From positions 1-57,070 of the IMG/VR virus record IMGVR_UViG_3300006919_008385: a stretch of DNA of 57,070 bases; one strand, given 5' to 3'. Positions within the stretch are counted from its first letter, which is position 1, and every line of letters starts with the position of its first letter. Shown here piece by piece: positions 37,109-46,514 of this stretch. Under the pieces are notes generated by a model. It did not search any database, was not told the DNA's origin, and saw only the letters and a list, made by a program, of their open reading frames with translations. Source of the stretch: a virus (Duplodnaviria > Caudoviricetes). Made by a program: the position numbers and the translations under genes.

Positions 37109-37402
37109 TTATTTTGCCAGTGTAATGTTTGTAGTCGCTTCTATGAATTTGTCTGCGATGGCTTCTGCTGTTTGACCAAATGTAACTACTGTATCTTTAT
37201 TTATGCTGATTTTATCTGGCATAGAGCTCATCATCCAGGGTACTAATCCTAGTCCACCTTGAGGGTTTGCCGCCACAATACTTGCTTTGGATACAATAAG
37301 ATTATTATCTTTTTCTTCCTGAAATTGTGCTATGACTTCTTCGCCAGTCAGCAATTTTAGTGAAATTATATCGTTTTTCTTTATAGGTTTATCTAATAAC
37401 AT
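37109..37402 (-). CDS. conserved T4-like phage protein (Sm/SH3-like fold)
   Basis: LKLLTGEEVIA...GLGLVPWM; likely start MLLDKP at 37402. Confidence 0.7.
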   Translation of the reverse strand: MLLDKPIKKNDIISLKLLTGEEVIAQFQEEKDNNLIVSKASIVAANPQGGLGLVPWMMSSMPDKISINKDTVVTFGQTAEAIADKFIEATTNITLAK

Positions 37403-37530
37403 GTGTTTTATCTCTAGTTTTTCTATATTAATAACTGTATTTAACATTAAGTGAGTTGTTAAGTAAGTGATTACTGGCACTTAAATATTATCTGAATTTG
37501 CTAATTTTGGTAAATTCAAAGGAGGTTGAT

Positions 37531-37761
37531 ATGGAAATTCTTAAAAGTGTTGGCGGATGGGCCAAACAACTAACAGAAGTTGGTATCAGTGTTATTGCTC
37601 TTGGAGTAGTACTTGAAGTATTATTTGGTGGAGCAGTACCATTCCTCGGAGATTTCCAAGTTGTTGATAACATCATGGCTATCTTAGGAGGATTAAGTAA
37701 CGAAGGCTTATTAGGATTAATAGGTGTTTGGATACTATACCACATCTTCAATAAGAAGTAA
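37531..37761 (+). CDS. small membrane protein
   Basis: Start MEILK with AAGGAGG RBS; GLLGLIGVWILY. Confidence 0.75.
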   Translation: MEILKSVGGWAKQLTEVGISVIALGVVLEVLFGGAVPFLGDFQVVDNIMAILGGLSNEGLLGLIGVWILYHIFNKK

Positions 37762-37779
37762 CATACATTTACAATAGAT

Positions 37780-37804
37780 TAGGGCGGTTATCCGCCCTTT
37801 TCTT
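37780..37804 (+). terminator. Rho-independent terminator
   Basis: AGGGCGG-TTAT-CCGCCCT then U-run. Confidence 0.8.
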
Positions 37805-37854
37805 TGAAAAACAACCTATATAACTATAATTTTTATATTATTTGTTAAATAAAA

Positions 37855-37956
37855 GTGTTGGGCAGAATAGATTTCAGTCTAACAGTAATAAAATATCGGC
37901 TCCCTCGTAGTAAAGCCTAGAATAGCAGGAGAAACTGCAAATGACTGTTCCAACAT
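37855..37956 (+). ncRNA. putative ~100-nt four-way-junction small RNA
   Basis: Closing stem GUGUUGGGCAG/CUGUUCCAACAU enclosing three hairpins; intergenic, after a terminator. Confidence 0.45.
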
Positions 37957-37982
37957 ATTTGCAAGGTGGCCACCAAGCATTA

Positions 37983-38651
37983 TTAGGGAATGTAGTATGA
38001 CTGATTCCTTATGTGTTCTATAAGTTTATAGTCATCAATTCTGAGCTCTTGTTCAAACCACTCTTTATTCTCTTTTGAAATACTATAACTTTGATTTATT
38101 TCTGGAAATTGCTTTCTGCTTCTTTTTAAAAAAGGATCTTGAGGTAAATTAATACCCTGCTCATGAATTATCCTTGACAGTGAATTTAATTCATAAACAT
38201 TTTTTACTTTTACTTCATGTTTTTTGTATGTTGGTAATTTTCCTACCCAATATGTTAATGGTGATAATAAAAGATTAAGAGGTGTTTTTCCAAACTCATG
38301 TTCATCTCTATCTGCTGTACCTTGCCTAAGAGCTGTTAAGAAATGATTGGGCGTTGGAAAGTCCCTGAATATGTTTTGTTCTCCTTTGGCTAAATCCTGA
38401 TAGCCTCCTCCCTGAAATAAAATGTTTACACCTTTATTGATCTGTTTGCGTTTGTGATTTGTTGCTCTTTCCCAAAACCCACTACAAAATCTATCCAAAG
38501 GGTCGCGAATACTGAATATACAAAATGTTTCTATATTAAGTAAAGTGATTGCGTGACTGGGTGCTACTACAAATGGCACAGGTGTTTGTGCCAACATAAA
38601 GGCATTTCTAAGTGACGTTCCACCTGTTTTTGGTATGTGTAGATATATCAT
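37983..38651 (-). CDS. sulfotransferase family protein
   Basis: HIPKTGGTS PAPS loop, IRDPLDRFCS. Confidence 0.85.
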   Translation of the reverse strand: MIYLHIPKTGGTSLRNAFMLAQTPVPFVVAPSHAITLLNIETFCIFSIRDPLDRFCSGFWERATNHKRKQINKGVNILFQGGGYQDLAKGEQNIFRDFPTPNHFLTALRQGTADRDEHEFGKTPLNLLLSPLTYWVGKLPTYKKHEVKVKNVYELNSLSRIIHEQGINLPQDPFLKRSRKQFPEINQSYSISKENKEWFEQELRIDDYKLIEHIRNQSYYIP

Positions 38652-39379
38652 TATTCATTTTCTACCGGAACCTCTAACCATTCACATATATGTTTGAATA
38701 GTTCTACTCTATTAGCAATACCTCTACTGCTATGCCAATGTACAATGTGAGCATCATTGATATCTATACCGTTCCAGTGATTACCTCTGTCTATATTTGT
38801 TTCCAAATTGGGTATCATATGTCCTTGATATGCCATTTTTGGATCTATTACATCTGTATATTTAACCTCTTGCCCCCATAACATATCATTGTAGATATCC
38901 TGCTCATCTGACCATACTTTAAGGCTATCTATTTTTTCCATAGTATAGTCCATCCATTTCTTATCCATTGTGGCTGGGTAGTATCTTACGTCACAGTTAA
39001 AATTATTTTCAAATTTAGGAGTATTTTTTGGATCACTATGATTAAACATAGTAAATTTGTCATATTTTCCAAAAACTTCTGTAGGTTGAATCATTGTTGT
39101 ATCTAAACCTGTAAACAAAATATTACAAGGTTCCTTGTTCCATAAATCATATATCTTTCTGAAGTTTTGTTGGAATACTTCAAACACATGAGTTACTTCT
39201 TCCTCTAACAAGACATATTCCCAATCTCCTTCCATAAAATGATTGAAAGTTGAATAGGATAAATTTTGTAATTCCTGATACATTGGGTAAGTATCAGGTT
39301 CATTAATAGGTACTTGTTGGTTGGGATCGTAGTCTTCTTTTTTTACTTTACATAAAGTTTGGATAAAATAGTTCTTCAT
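38651..39379 (-). CDS. glycosyltransferase-like protein
   Basis: NILFTGLDT, SDEQDIYN, HIVHWHSSRG; sugar-cluster context. Confidence 0.55.
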   Translation of the reverse strand: MKNYFIQTLCKVKKEDYDPNQQVPINEPDTYPMYQELQNLSYSTFNHFMEGDWEYVLLEEEVTHVFEVFQQNFRKIYDLWNKEPCNILFTGLDTTMIQPTEVFGKYDKFTMFNHSDPKNTPKFENNFNCDVRYYPATMDKKWMDYTMEKIDSLKVWSDEQDIYNDMLWGQEVKYTDVIDPKMAYQGHMIPNLETNIDRGNHWNGIDINDAHIVHWHSSRGIANRVELFKHICEWLEVPVENE

Positions 39380-40719
39380 ACAATTCTGTTTTCATATTGT
39401 GATAAAAAATCATCGGCAACCTTTTTAATCCATGCTATTTGCTCTGGTGTTATAACAGCACTTGCTCCATGGAAGAAAGTATTTGTTAGTGTAAAGGTAG
39501 CATTAGGGAAATTATCTTTTGCTTGTTGTGGATCCATTAAATGACTATATGCTGGTTGTAACATAATATTACCAGCAAAATAAGGTCTTGTTTGTATTTT
39601 ATTATCTTCTAAAAAGTCTACATATTGTGTTCTAGTAAAAGGCGCATCTTTTCTAATAGTAAGTGGGAAAGCAAACCAACTTGGGTCTGAATGTTCTCTG
39701 GGTCTAGGCAGTATAAAATATTTCTCATACTTCTCATAAATTTCAAAAAGTAATTTATAGTTTCTTCTTCTCAGAGCATGTATCTCATCTAGTTTCTTAA
39801 GTTGCTCAAGGCCCATAGCACTCTGGATATCTATTGGTTTTAAATTGTAACCAATTTCGTCATAAACAAATTTATGATCAAATGTTTGGTCAGGCATTGT
39901 GGGTATCCAGCAACTAAAACGTTTTTTACAAGTACCGTTTTTAAGTTTATTTGCTTCTGGGCCTACGCAATAACAACCTCTCCCCCATTCTCTAAAACTT
40001 CTAGTAATTACTTCTTGCTCATATGTATTACAAGCAACAAAACCACCCTCTCCCATTGTCATATGATGTGCTGGATAAAAACTACAACTAGCCATTTCTC
40101 CAAAACTACCTAATGGTTTGTCTTTGTATGTACTACCCAAAGCATCACAACAATCTTCCAGTAATACTAAATTGTATTTGTCTACTAATTCCATTAGTTG
40201 GTCCATGTTTGGTGGATTACCTAATACATGAGCAAATGTAATTACTTTTATGTCAGGATTGTTTTTTAATATCTCTTCGCATTGATCTAAATCTAAATTT
40301 AGTGTGTCTAATTCTATGTCTACAAATACAGGTTCAAATCCTACCTGTAATGTTGGATTTAGTGTTGTAGGGAAACCTGCTATAGGCATTAAAACTTTTG
40401 TGCCTTTACCAAAGTTATGTCCTCTTTTGCTGGTTAAAGATGCCATCATCAATAAGTTAGCACTACTACCAGAATTTGTAAGTACTCCGTGTTTTTTACC
40501 GTAATACTTTGGAAACTTTCTTTCAAACTTAATACTCTTATCTCCCATCACTAACCAACCGTCCAGTAATGTTTCTGCGGCACTGACATATTCATCACTG
40601 CTAAACAAAGGACCAGCATAGTTTACAAAGTCCTTGCCAGGCTCCCAGGTTTTATTTGCTTGTTTTTCGTCTATGTATTCTTTTATAGACTCGAGAATAT
40701 TATTGAGTTTGTCGTCCAT
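39376..40719 (-). CDS. rfbH: CDP-4-keto-6-deoxyglucose 3-dehydrase (RfbH/DdhC; DegT family)
   Basis: NSGSSANL, EDCCDALGS, SFYPAHHMTMGEGG (His in place of Lys), WGRGCYC, DHKF.Y..IGYNLK. Confidence 0.88.
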   Translation of the reverse strand: MDDKLNNILESIKEYIDEKQANKTWEPGKDFVNYAGPLFSSDEYVSAAETLLDGWLVMGDKSIKFERKFPKYYGKKHGVLTNSGSSANLLMMASLTSKRGHNFGKGTKVLMPIAGFPTTLNPTLQVGFEPVFVDIELDTLNLDLDQCEEILKNNPDIKVITFAHVLGNPPNMDQLMELVDKYNLVLLEDCCDALGSTYKDKPLGSFGEMASCSFYPAHHMTMGEGGFVACNTYEQEVITRSFREWGRGCYCVGPEANKLKNGTCKKRFSCWIPTMPDQTFDHKFVYDEIGYNLKPIDIQSAMGLEQLKKLDEIHALRRRNYKLLFEIYEKYEKYFILPRPREHSDPSWFAFPLTIRKDAPFTRTQYVDFLEDNKIQTRPYFAGNIMLQPAYSHLMDPQQAKDNFPNATFTLTNTFFHGASAVITPEQIAWIKKVADDFLSQYENRIV

Positions 40720-40739
40720 GTTGATATTTATATGCCTTT

Positions 40740-41666
40740 TTATTCGTACTCTATAGGTTCTGATCTGTTAGTTTTTAATTCACAACCGTCAAATTTACCT
40801 ACAGTTTCGTGTACTAAGGACTCTAGTGTGTCTTTAAATTCAAAATTAAATGTTTTTTCAAATTTTGTTGTAGTTACACCAAAGTTATAATTCTTTTTCT
40901 CTAATTTTTCGTTTGTGATAACTTCTGGTGTATCTTTATTAATAACTTTAACTTTGGTTACTCTGCCTACTACTTCAGCAATCTCTCCTGATGTACTTGT
41001 AAAACTTGCCAAGTTGAAAATTCCTTTGTTGTTCTGTTCTGATTCTATTATTGCTTTAAAGGCTCTCATAAGATCATTGATGCCTAAAATACTTCTTTTA
41101 GTGTCAGCATTAAACAAATGTATCTCGCCTTTTGTTTTTGCTGTATTAGTCATCGCATTAATCATTACATCAGTTCTTATGTGTGGAGCAGGACCATTTA
41201 CTGTACCAAATCTTAATCCATAATATTCTGTGTCACTTAATTTTGCTAATTGGTCTATATGAAGTTTTGCCATATCATAAAAATTTATAGGAGAGAAGTC
41301 CAAATACTCTTCGTCTATTTCATCTTCAGTAGTATTTCCATATACACTACTGCTACTGGCATATATAAATTTTGTACCATTTAATTTTGAAAGCAGGTTA
41401 GCAAAGTTTCTAACATTGTTATTCCAACTGCCAAATTTATCGTCACACATCTTGACACTACTATGACCTGCTAACAATATTACTACATCAAATGTTTTGA
41501 TATATCTGTCTGTGACATCATTGTAATCAAAAAATTCATACTCTACATCAATAGGATTTCCAAACCAATTTATGTCTACATTAGTTATATTGTATTTGTC
41601 TTTAAAGACTTTGTTGAATTTAGAACCGACATAACCTATGCCGCCTAGTAGCAATATGTTTTTCAT
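40740..41666 (-). CDS. NAD-dependent epimerase/dehydratase
   Basis: GGIGYVG, ASSSSVYG, YDMAK (YxxxK), LRFGTV. Confidence 0.88.
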   Translation of the reverse strand: MKNILLLGGIGYVGSKFNKVFKDKYNITNVDINWFGNPIDVEYEFFDYNDVTDRYIKTFDVVILLAGHSSVKMCDDKFGSWNNNVRNFANLLSKLNGTKFIYASSSSVYGNTTEDEIDEEYLDFSPINFYDMAKLHIDQLAKLSDTEYYGLRFGTVNGPAPHIRTDVMINAMTNTAKTKGEIHLFNADTKRSILGINDLMRAFKAIIESEQNNKGIFNLASFTSTSGEIAEVVGRVTKVKVINKDTPEVITNEKLEKKNYNFGVTTTKFEKTFNFEFKDTLESLVHETVGKFDGCELKTNRSEPIEYE

Positions 41667-41670
41667 GCAA

Positions 41671-42708
41671 CTATTTACCAGTTGCTATTGCTTGTTTGTA
41701 TAATTGTTGGCTTGCCAAGTTTTTAGCCTTGGCTTCACATTGTATGTCAAAGTCATTCCAAAAGCTCAAGGCCCATTCATTTGCAATAGCATTAGGGTAG
41801 AAGTCTGAATGAGCCCTCAGTTTTTGTTTTTTAGCACCACTTTCTATTAGTGTATTAATGCTGTGAAGTTTATCATGTTCATATCCATCTGGTATCCATT
41901 CATCACGACTGTAACTGTAATGTAACGTTGGCCTTACACCTCTCCAACTATCTATGATTCGCTTCACACGATCATCATCTGCTTGTATGTATTCTTCGTC
42001 ACGTATCCAGTGATGGTGTATATCAAGAACAAGTGCCACATGTTTTTCCAATTTGAGACTTTCATCTAGTCCCCAACACATCTCATCATTCTCGATAGCA
42101 ATAGTGTTACGAGCTTCAGGAGAAAGTTTAGGCAATATATCTATAATACCCTGATACCCTTGCTTACCAGATATATGTACATTACATTTAAAGTCCATAA
42201 ACTCTTTACCAAAACCCATCCAACGTATCATGTTAGCATGATACTCAAACTCATCTATACTTCGTTCAACAACATCTGGTTTATCACTTGCTAATACACA
42301 AAATTGACCTGGATGAAAACTTACACGAACATCTTTTGCTCTGGCTAGTTCGCCTACTTTACTAAATCCTTTCTCTAGTTCTTTAATTACTGATTTGTCT
42401 TCAAATACATGTCTCCAAGTAGGCTCCGTTGCCATGGGTATTTGGTTGCTACCCAATCTAACCATACGCAAATTTTCAGGTAGTGTACTCACATACTCTA
42501 CGAGGTTGTAGGCACTTTGCATATTGTGTTCAACACAATCTAGTAATTTCTGTTCTGCTTTATCAGGATTATTATTACACCACAGCCTTGTAGTAGACTT
42601 TTCAGTATACATCTGTTGTTTTTCTTTGAGAATTTTAGGTTTTTGTGTCTGATCTTCTTCCAGATACTTACAGCAAAAGCCTATTCGATTTATACTTTGA
42701 TCAAACAT
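41671..42708 (-). CDS. uvsE: UV damage endonuclease UvsE
   Basis: RIGFCC, RVSFHPGQF, IENDE, LDIHHH, RAHSD, EAKAK. Confidence 0.92.
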   Translation of the reverse strand: MFDQSINRIGFCCKYLEEDQTQKPKILKEKQQMYTEKSTTRLWCNNNPDKAEQKLLDCVEHNMQSAYNLVEYVSTLPENLRMVRLGSNQIPMATEPTWRHVFEDKSVIKELEKGFSKVGELARAKDVRVSFHPGQFCVLASDKPDVVERSIDEFEYHANMIRWMGFGKEFMDFKCNVHISGKQGYQGIIDILPKLSPEARNTIAIENDEMCWGLDESLKLEKHVALVLDIHHHWIRDEEYIQADDDRVKRIIDSWRGVRPTLHYSYSRDEWIPDGYEHDKLHSINTLIESGAKKQKLRAHSDFYPNAIANEWALSFWNDFDIQCEAKAKNLASQQLYKQAIATGK

Positions 42709-42961
42709 TGTTTTTAAATATGTCCATTGCTTTTTGCAAAGAGTTAGAATCTGTTTCTTCCTGCATCACATCAAGTGTAGAAGCATTCAAACTCTTTATA
42801 ATAGTATAATTTAATTGTAACAAATTGTCAAACTCTAATTTCACAGGTTCCCTATCCCAATCTGCAATAGTCATACCATCTTCTGATATGTAGACTTTAT
42901 GTACAGAGTACTGTACTTTGCCCTTATTGGTTGTCTTAAAGATTCTGAATTGTTCTTCCAT
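42701..42961 (-). CDS. hypothetical protein
   Basis: Likely leaderless start MEEQFR at 42961. Confidence 0.6.
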   Translation of the reverse strand: MEEQFRIFKTTNKGKVQYSVHKVYISEDGMTIADWDREPVKLEFDNLLQLNYTIIKSLNASTLDVMQEETDSNSLQKAMDIFKNNV

Positions 42962-42967
42962 ACTGGA

Positions 42968-42995
42968 AGTATAACACAAAAGCCAAAATAGTCAA
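42968..42995 (-). promoter_or_regulatory. sigma70-type early promoter (leaderless)
   Basis: TTGACT-N16-TATACT. Confidence 0.65.
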
Positions 42996-43000
42996 GAACA

Positions 43001-43008
43001 GATAAATA
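43001..43008 (+). promoter_or_regulatory. T4-like late promoter motif
   Basis: GATAAATA heading structural block. Confidence 0.6.
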
Positions 43009-43044
43009 CTATTTGTAATTACAATCTAATCTCTGGAGATTTAA

Positions 43045-43647
43045 ATGGCTACAGTTAAAAAATATAATCTAGCAGGTGTTGGCGCCAATGTGGAACTTGG
43101 AAAACAAGGTTCATACATTGCCGGTAATGCCAGTGCAATCGGTTTTTACACGTCCGGTGATGCTTTACAAAAGATAGCAGTTGCAAATGCTACAGTTAGC
43201 ACACAGGCCGTTACAAAAGCTCAGTTAGATGGTGCTGAAGCAAACTTATTACAACACGTTACAGTAGATGTTGACTATAATTCAGGTTCTGCCAACATTG
43301 CCAGTATTACATCAGGTTCAAGGATAGTGAGTGTCACAGTTGATGTTCCTAGTCCTTGGTCAAGTGGTGGTGCAGGTGATTATGTGGAAGTTGGAGACTC
43401 AGGAAACTCTAGCAGATTTATAAGATCTGGTGACGTTGATGTAACTAAAGCGGCTCAATATCATTCACAATATCAATATGAATATACTTCAGACGGTGTA
43501 TTAAGTTACAATGTGGTTAACGGTGCCGCAAGTGCCGGTAATGCCACCATTAGTATAGTATTAGCAAGTGATAGTGTTACAGTAACAGATTACGGTACAA
43601 TTAGTCAATCACAAAATAGTAACAGTGATCTTGGTAACATCAGTTAA
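43045..43647 (+). CDS. virion structural protein (VKxYxLxGVG family)
   Basis: N-terminus shared with 8728 and 43660 proteins; GGAG RBS. Confidence 0.7.
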   Translation: MATVKKYNLAGVGANVELGKQGSYIAGNASAIGFYTSGDALQKIAVANATVSTQAVTKAQLDGAEANLLQHVTVDVDYNSGSANIASITSGSRIVSVTVDVPSPWSSGGAGDYVEVGDSGNSSRFIRSGDVDVTKAAQYHSQYQYEYTSDGVLSYNVVNGAASAGNATISIVLASDSVTVTDYGTISQSQNSNSDLGNIS

Positions 43648-43659
43648 TAGGAGTATAAC

Positions 43660-44196
43660 ATGGTAGACTCAGTAAAAAACTACGGTATAGCAGGAGTAGG
43701 TGCTAACGTTCAACTTGGTAAAAGTGGTGTAACTATTGTTGGTAGCAATAGTGATCAGATCAGTTTTACAAACTCAAGTGATCAATTAGTAAATGTTAAT
43801 CTTGCTGACGGAACTGATGCCACCCATGCCGCAACTAAAAGTCAATTTGACGGAATAGTTGACCCTAAAATACAATACGTTGATACCACAGTTAGTTATA
43901 ACAGTGGTAATGTTTCAGTAGGAACTAGTTCATCAAACACATGGATACATAGTGTGGTTGTTGAAAAAGACGCAGGTAACTGGACAGATTATGATTCATC
44001 CACAGAAATTACTGTGGGTGACTCAGGTGAAGTTGACAGACTTTTTGCAGGATTTGATCCGTCAGGAAGTCAAGTTAAAATTGAACCCAAGCATAACTAT
44101 ACCAGTACCACTGGAATTGTAATTTATGTTACACAGGGTGGAGCAAGTGCCGGAAGTGCCACAGTAAGAATTTGGTACTCAGGCGAAATAGCATAA
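43660..44196 (+). CDS. virion structural protein (VKxYxLxGVG family)
   Basis: Paralog of 43045; AGGAG RBS. Confidence 0.7.
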   Translation: MVDSVKNYGIAGVGANVQLGKSGVTIVGSNSDQISFTNSSDQLVNVNLADGTDATHAATKSQFDGIVDPKIQYVDTTVSYNSGNVSVGTSSSNTWIHSVVVEKDAGNWTDYDSSTEITVGDSGEVDRLFAGFDPSGSQVKIEPKHNYTSTTGIVIYVTQGGASAGSATVRIWYSGEIA

Positions 44197-44204
44197 TAGG
44201 TATT

Positions 44205-45122
44205 ATGAAGATAGACAGTATTATCACAGAAAAGAAATCTAGAAAGAAATCTAAACAGGTTAAGGCGTCTGACAAGGCGCCTAAACTTATCAAGCCTAAC
44301 ACAGGTCATGAGTCACCACACCCTATGCAGGGTAAAATGGTAGGTGAAAATAATCAACTTAGAGAATTATTTTTTAAATTTGCAAATGATACTAGTGTAA
44401 ATTTAACAGAAGAAGAATTACAAATAATAAAAGAAGCACCAGGCGACATTAGAAAGTTTTTAACCATTTTAGGATTAATGGGTGGTTTAGCATTTGGTGT
44501 TGGCAAGGCCATGGATGCTACAAGTTTTAAACAATCAGAATTAGGTAAAGAACTAGCAATGGCGGCTCAACAAGGAGATATGGTTGCCGCATATCATTTA
44601 GAAAATTTAGATTTGTATGCTGATCAAGATATGATGAGAACAATACAAAATTTAAAAATTGCATATATCGACGATGCTAATAGAGAAGATGTAAATACAT
44701 TTTTATCAGATCCTAAAAGATTTCCAGGCCTTAAAAAAATAAAAAATGAATCCAAAATAGATGAGGCACCATATTCTGCAGATAAGATAACATTGCTAAA
44801 AGCAGTAATAGATGAAATAGAAGACAAAGCACAGGACGAGGACGGAATAAAGTTTTTAAAAAAACTTGCACAATTAGTAGGCAAAAGGATTTATAAAAGA
44901 GATAATGGTAAATTAGCATTAGAAAGTCCTATTCCATTTAACAAATGTCCCAAATGTGGTGGTGACATAGTACACGAATCACAACTCAATGAAAAACAGG
45001 ATGCCTGTTATCACAAAGTAAAATCCAGATACAAAGTATGGCCCAGTGCCTACGCCAGTGGAGCCTTAGTCAAGTGCCGTAAAGTAGGTGCTAAGAATTG
45101 GGGCAAAAGCAAGGGTAAGTAA
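44205..45122 (+). CDS. probable head-internal protein with basic C-terminal module
   Basis: Likely start MKIDSIITE; C-terminal CYHKVKSRYKVWPSAYASGALVKCRK. Confidence 0.65.
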   Translation: MKIDSIITEKKSRKKSKQVKASDKAPKLIKPNTGHESPHPMQGKMVGENNQLRELFFKFANDTSVNLTEEELQIIKEAPGDIRKFLTILGLMGGLAFGVGKAMDATSFKQSELGKELAMAAQQGDMVAAYHLENLDLYADQDMMRTIQNLKIAYIDDANREDVNTFLSDPKRFPGLKKIKNESKIDEAPYSADKITLLKAVIDEIEDKAQDEDGIKFLKKLAQLVGKRIYKRDNGKLALESPIPFNKCPKCGGDIVHESQLNEKQDACYHKVKSRYKVWPSAYASGALVKCRKVGAKNWGKSKGK

Positions 45123-45124
45123 AT

Positions 45125-46003
45125 ATGCTTATCAAAGAAATCACAACAGGAAATTTTGGTGCCTCAAAGAAGCCTTTGTTCTCGCCACAGAGAAGTCAAA
45201 AAGCATATGAAGAATGGTTAAACGGTGCCGCAGTGGATACAGATATTGAGATAATAGGTAACGACAATCAACTGTACTACATACGTCAAAACACTGATGG
45301 TGACAGCCAACACTTTAAGGAAGACTATTGGTACCTCACTGATGCTAAATATAATCCTGTAGATTTTGAAGGGTATGAAGACCCAGAAGATCTATTATTC
45401 AGTCATAGTGCTACAGGATACGAGCCTAAAGACCCAGATCAAATGGACGAAAACTTTCCAATACCACCAACTAATGATAAGTTATTGCAAAAAATTAGGG
45501 ACTGGCAAATAAGAGGTACTGCTACTGGCGATAGTGAATTATTTAGTATGTGTCATAATTATTTGATGGATCCAGATAAACCTATGGCAGGAAAATTAGA
45601 AGCATTACAAAAAATAGATCTTGCAATGGATATGGATTCATCTGAAACTCCTACAGAAAAAGATGTTTATGATTATATAAGAGGCTCAGGAGTGGATATG
45701 CCATTCAATCCACTAGTTGGTGAAAATTTAAGAGCTTGGTTTGGCAAAGGCAAAAAAGGTGGTGCTGGAGGCGGAGGCTGGGACCGTTATAATACCAAAG
45801 GTGAAAGAATTGGTAAATGTGGTGACAGCAAAAAAGGTGAAGGTAAACCTAAATGTTTAAGCAAATCAAGAGCGGCAAGTTTAAGAGCCAAAGGTGGTAA
45901 GAAAGCAATAGCGGCCGCAGTAAGAAAGAAAAGACGTGAAGACCCTAATAAAAACAGAAAGGGTAAGGCTAAGAACGTTAGCAATACTACTCGCAAGAGT
46001 TAA
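45125..46003 (+). CDS. probable head-internal protein with basic C-terminal module
   Basis: MLIKEIT start; acidic body; ENLRAWFGKGKKGGAGGGGW...KPKC basic tail. Confidence 0.65.
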   Translation: MLIKEITTGNFGASKKPLFSPQRSQKAYEEWLNGAAVDTDIEIIGNDNQLYYIRQNTDGDSQHFKEDYWYLTDAKYNPVDFEGYEDPEDLLFSHSATGYEPKDPDQMDENFPIPPTNDKLLQKIRDWQIRGTATGDSELFSMCHNYLMDPDKPMAGKLEALQKIDLAMDMDSSETPTEKDVYDYIRGSGVDMPFNPLVGENLRAWFGKGKKGGAGGGGWDRYNTKGERIGKCGDSKKGEGKPKCLSKSRAASLRAKGGKKAIAAAVRKKRREDPNKNRKGKAKNVSNTTRKS

Positions 46004-46019
46004 ATAATAGGAGTAACAA

Positions 46020-46514
46020 ATGCCAGATATAAATTTTCCAAATAGTCCAAGTGGCGGAGATACATACACTTTCAACAATATAGTATTCAGTTATGATGGT
46101 GAGAAATGGACAGCAAAAGGAAAAGTCACAACATCTGTAACAAACGGATTAGTAATAGAAGATGGTGTAAAAGAAAGATATAGTTCGCTTACAGGTGCTA
46201 CTGGTGTTGTTGCACACGATTGTGATAATGGACATATATTTTATCACACTAGCATCAGTACTAACTTTACTGCTAATTTTACAAACTTATCGCTTTCCGA
46301 TAACTATAGCACTAACCTTACATTGATTTTAAATCAAGGTGCTACAGCATATATTCCAAGTGCTTTACAAATAGCCGGTTCGGCACAAACAATAAATTGG
46401 CAAGGAGGCTCAGCACCAACTGGAACTGCTAACGGCGTAGATACTGTTTCATTTACCATACTCAGAGTAAGTGGTACCTATGTGGTACTTGGACAACTGG
46501 TTGACTTTACATAA
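46020..46514 (+). CDS. tail/fibre-associated structural protein
   Basis: INFPNSPSGGDTYT...YDGEKW N-motif; INWQGGSAPT...DTVSFT C-domain. Confidence 0.65.
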   Translation: MPDINFPNSPSGGDTYTFNNIVFSYDGEKWTAKGKVTTSVTNGLVIEDGVKERYSSLTGATGVVAHDCDNGHIFYHTSISTNFTANFTNLSLSDNYSTNLTLILNQGATAYIPSALQIAGSAQTINWQGGSAPTGTANGVDTVSFTILRVSGTYVVLGQLVDFT

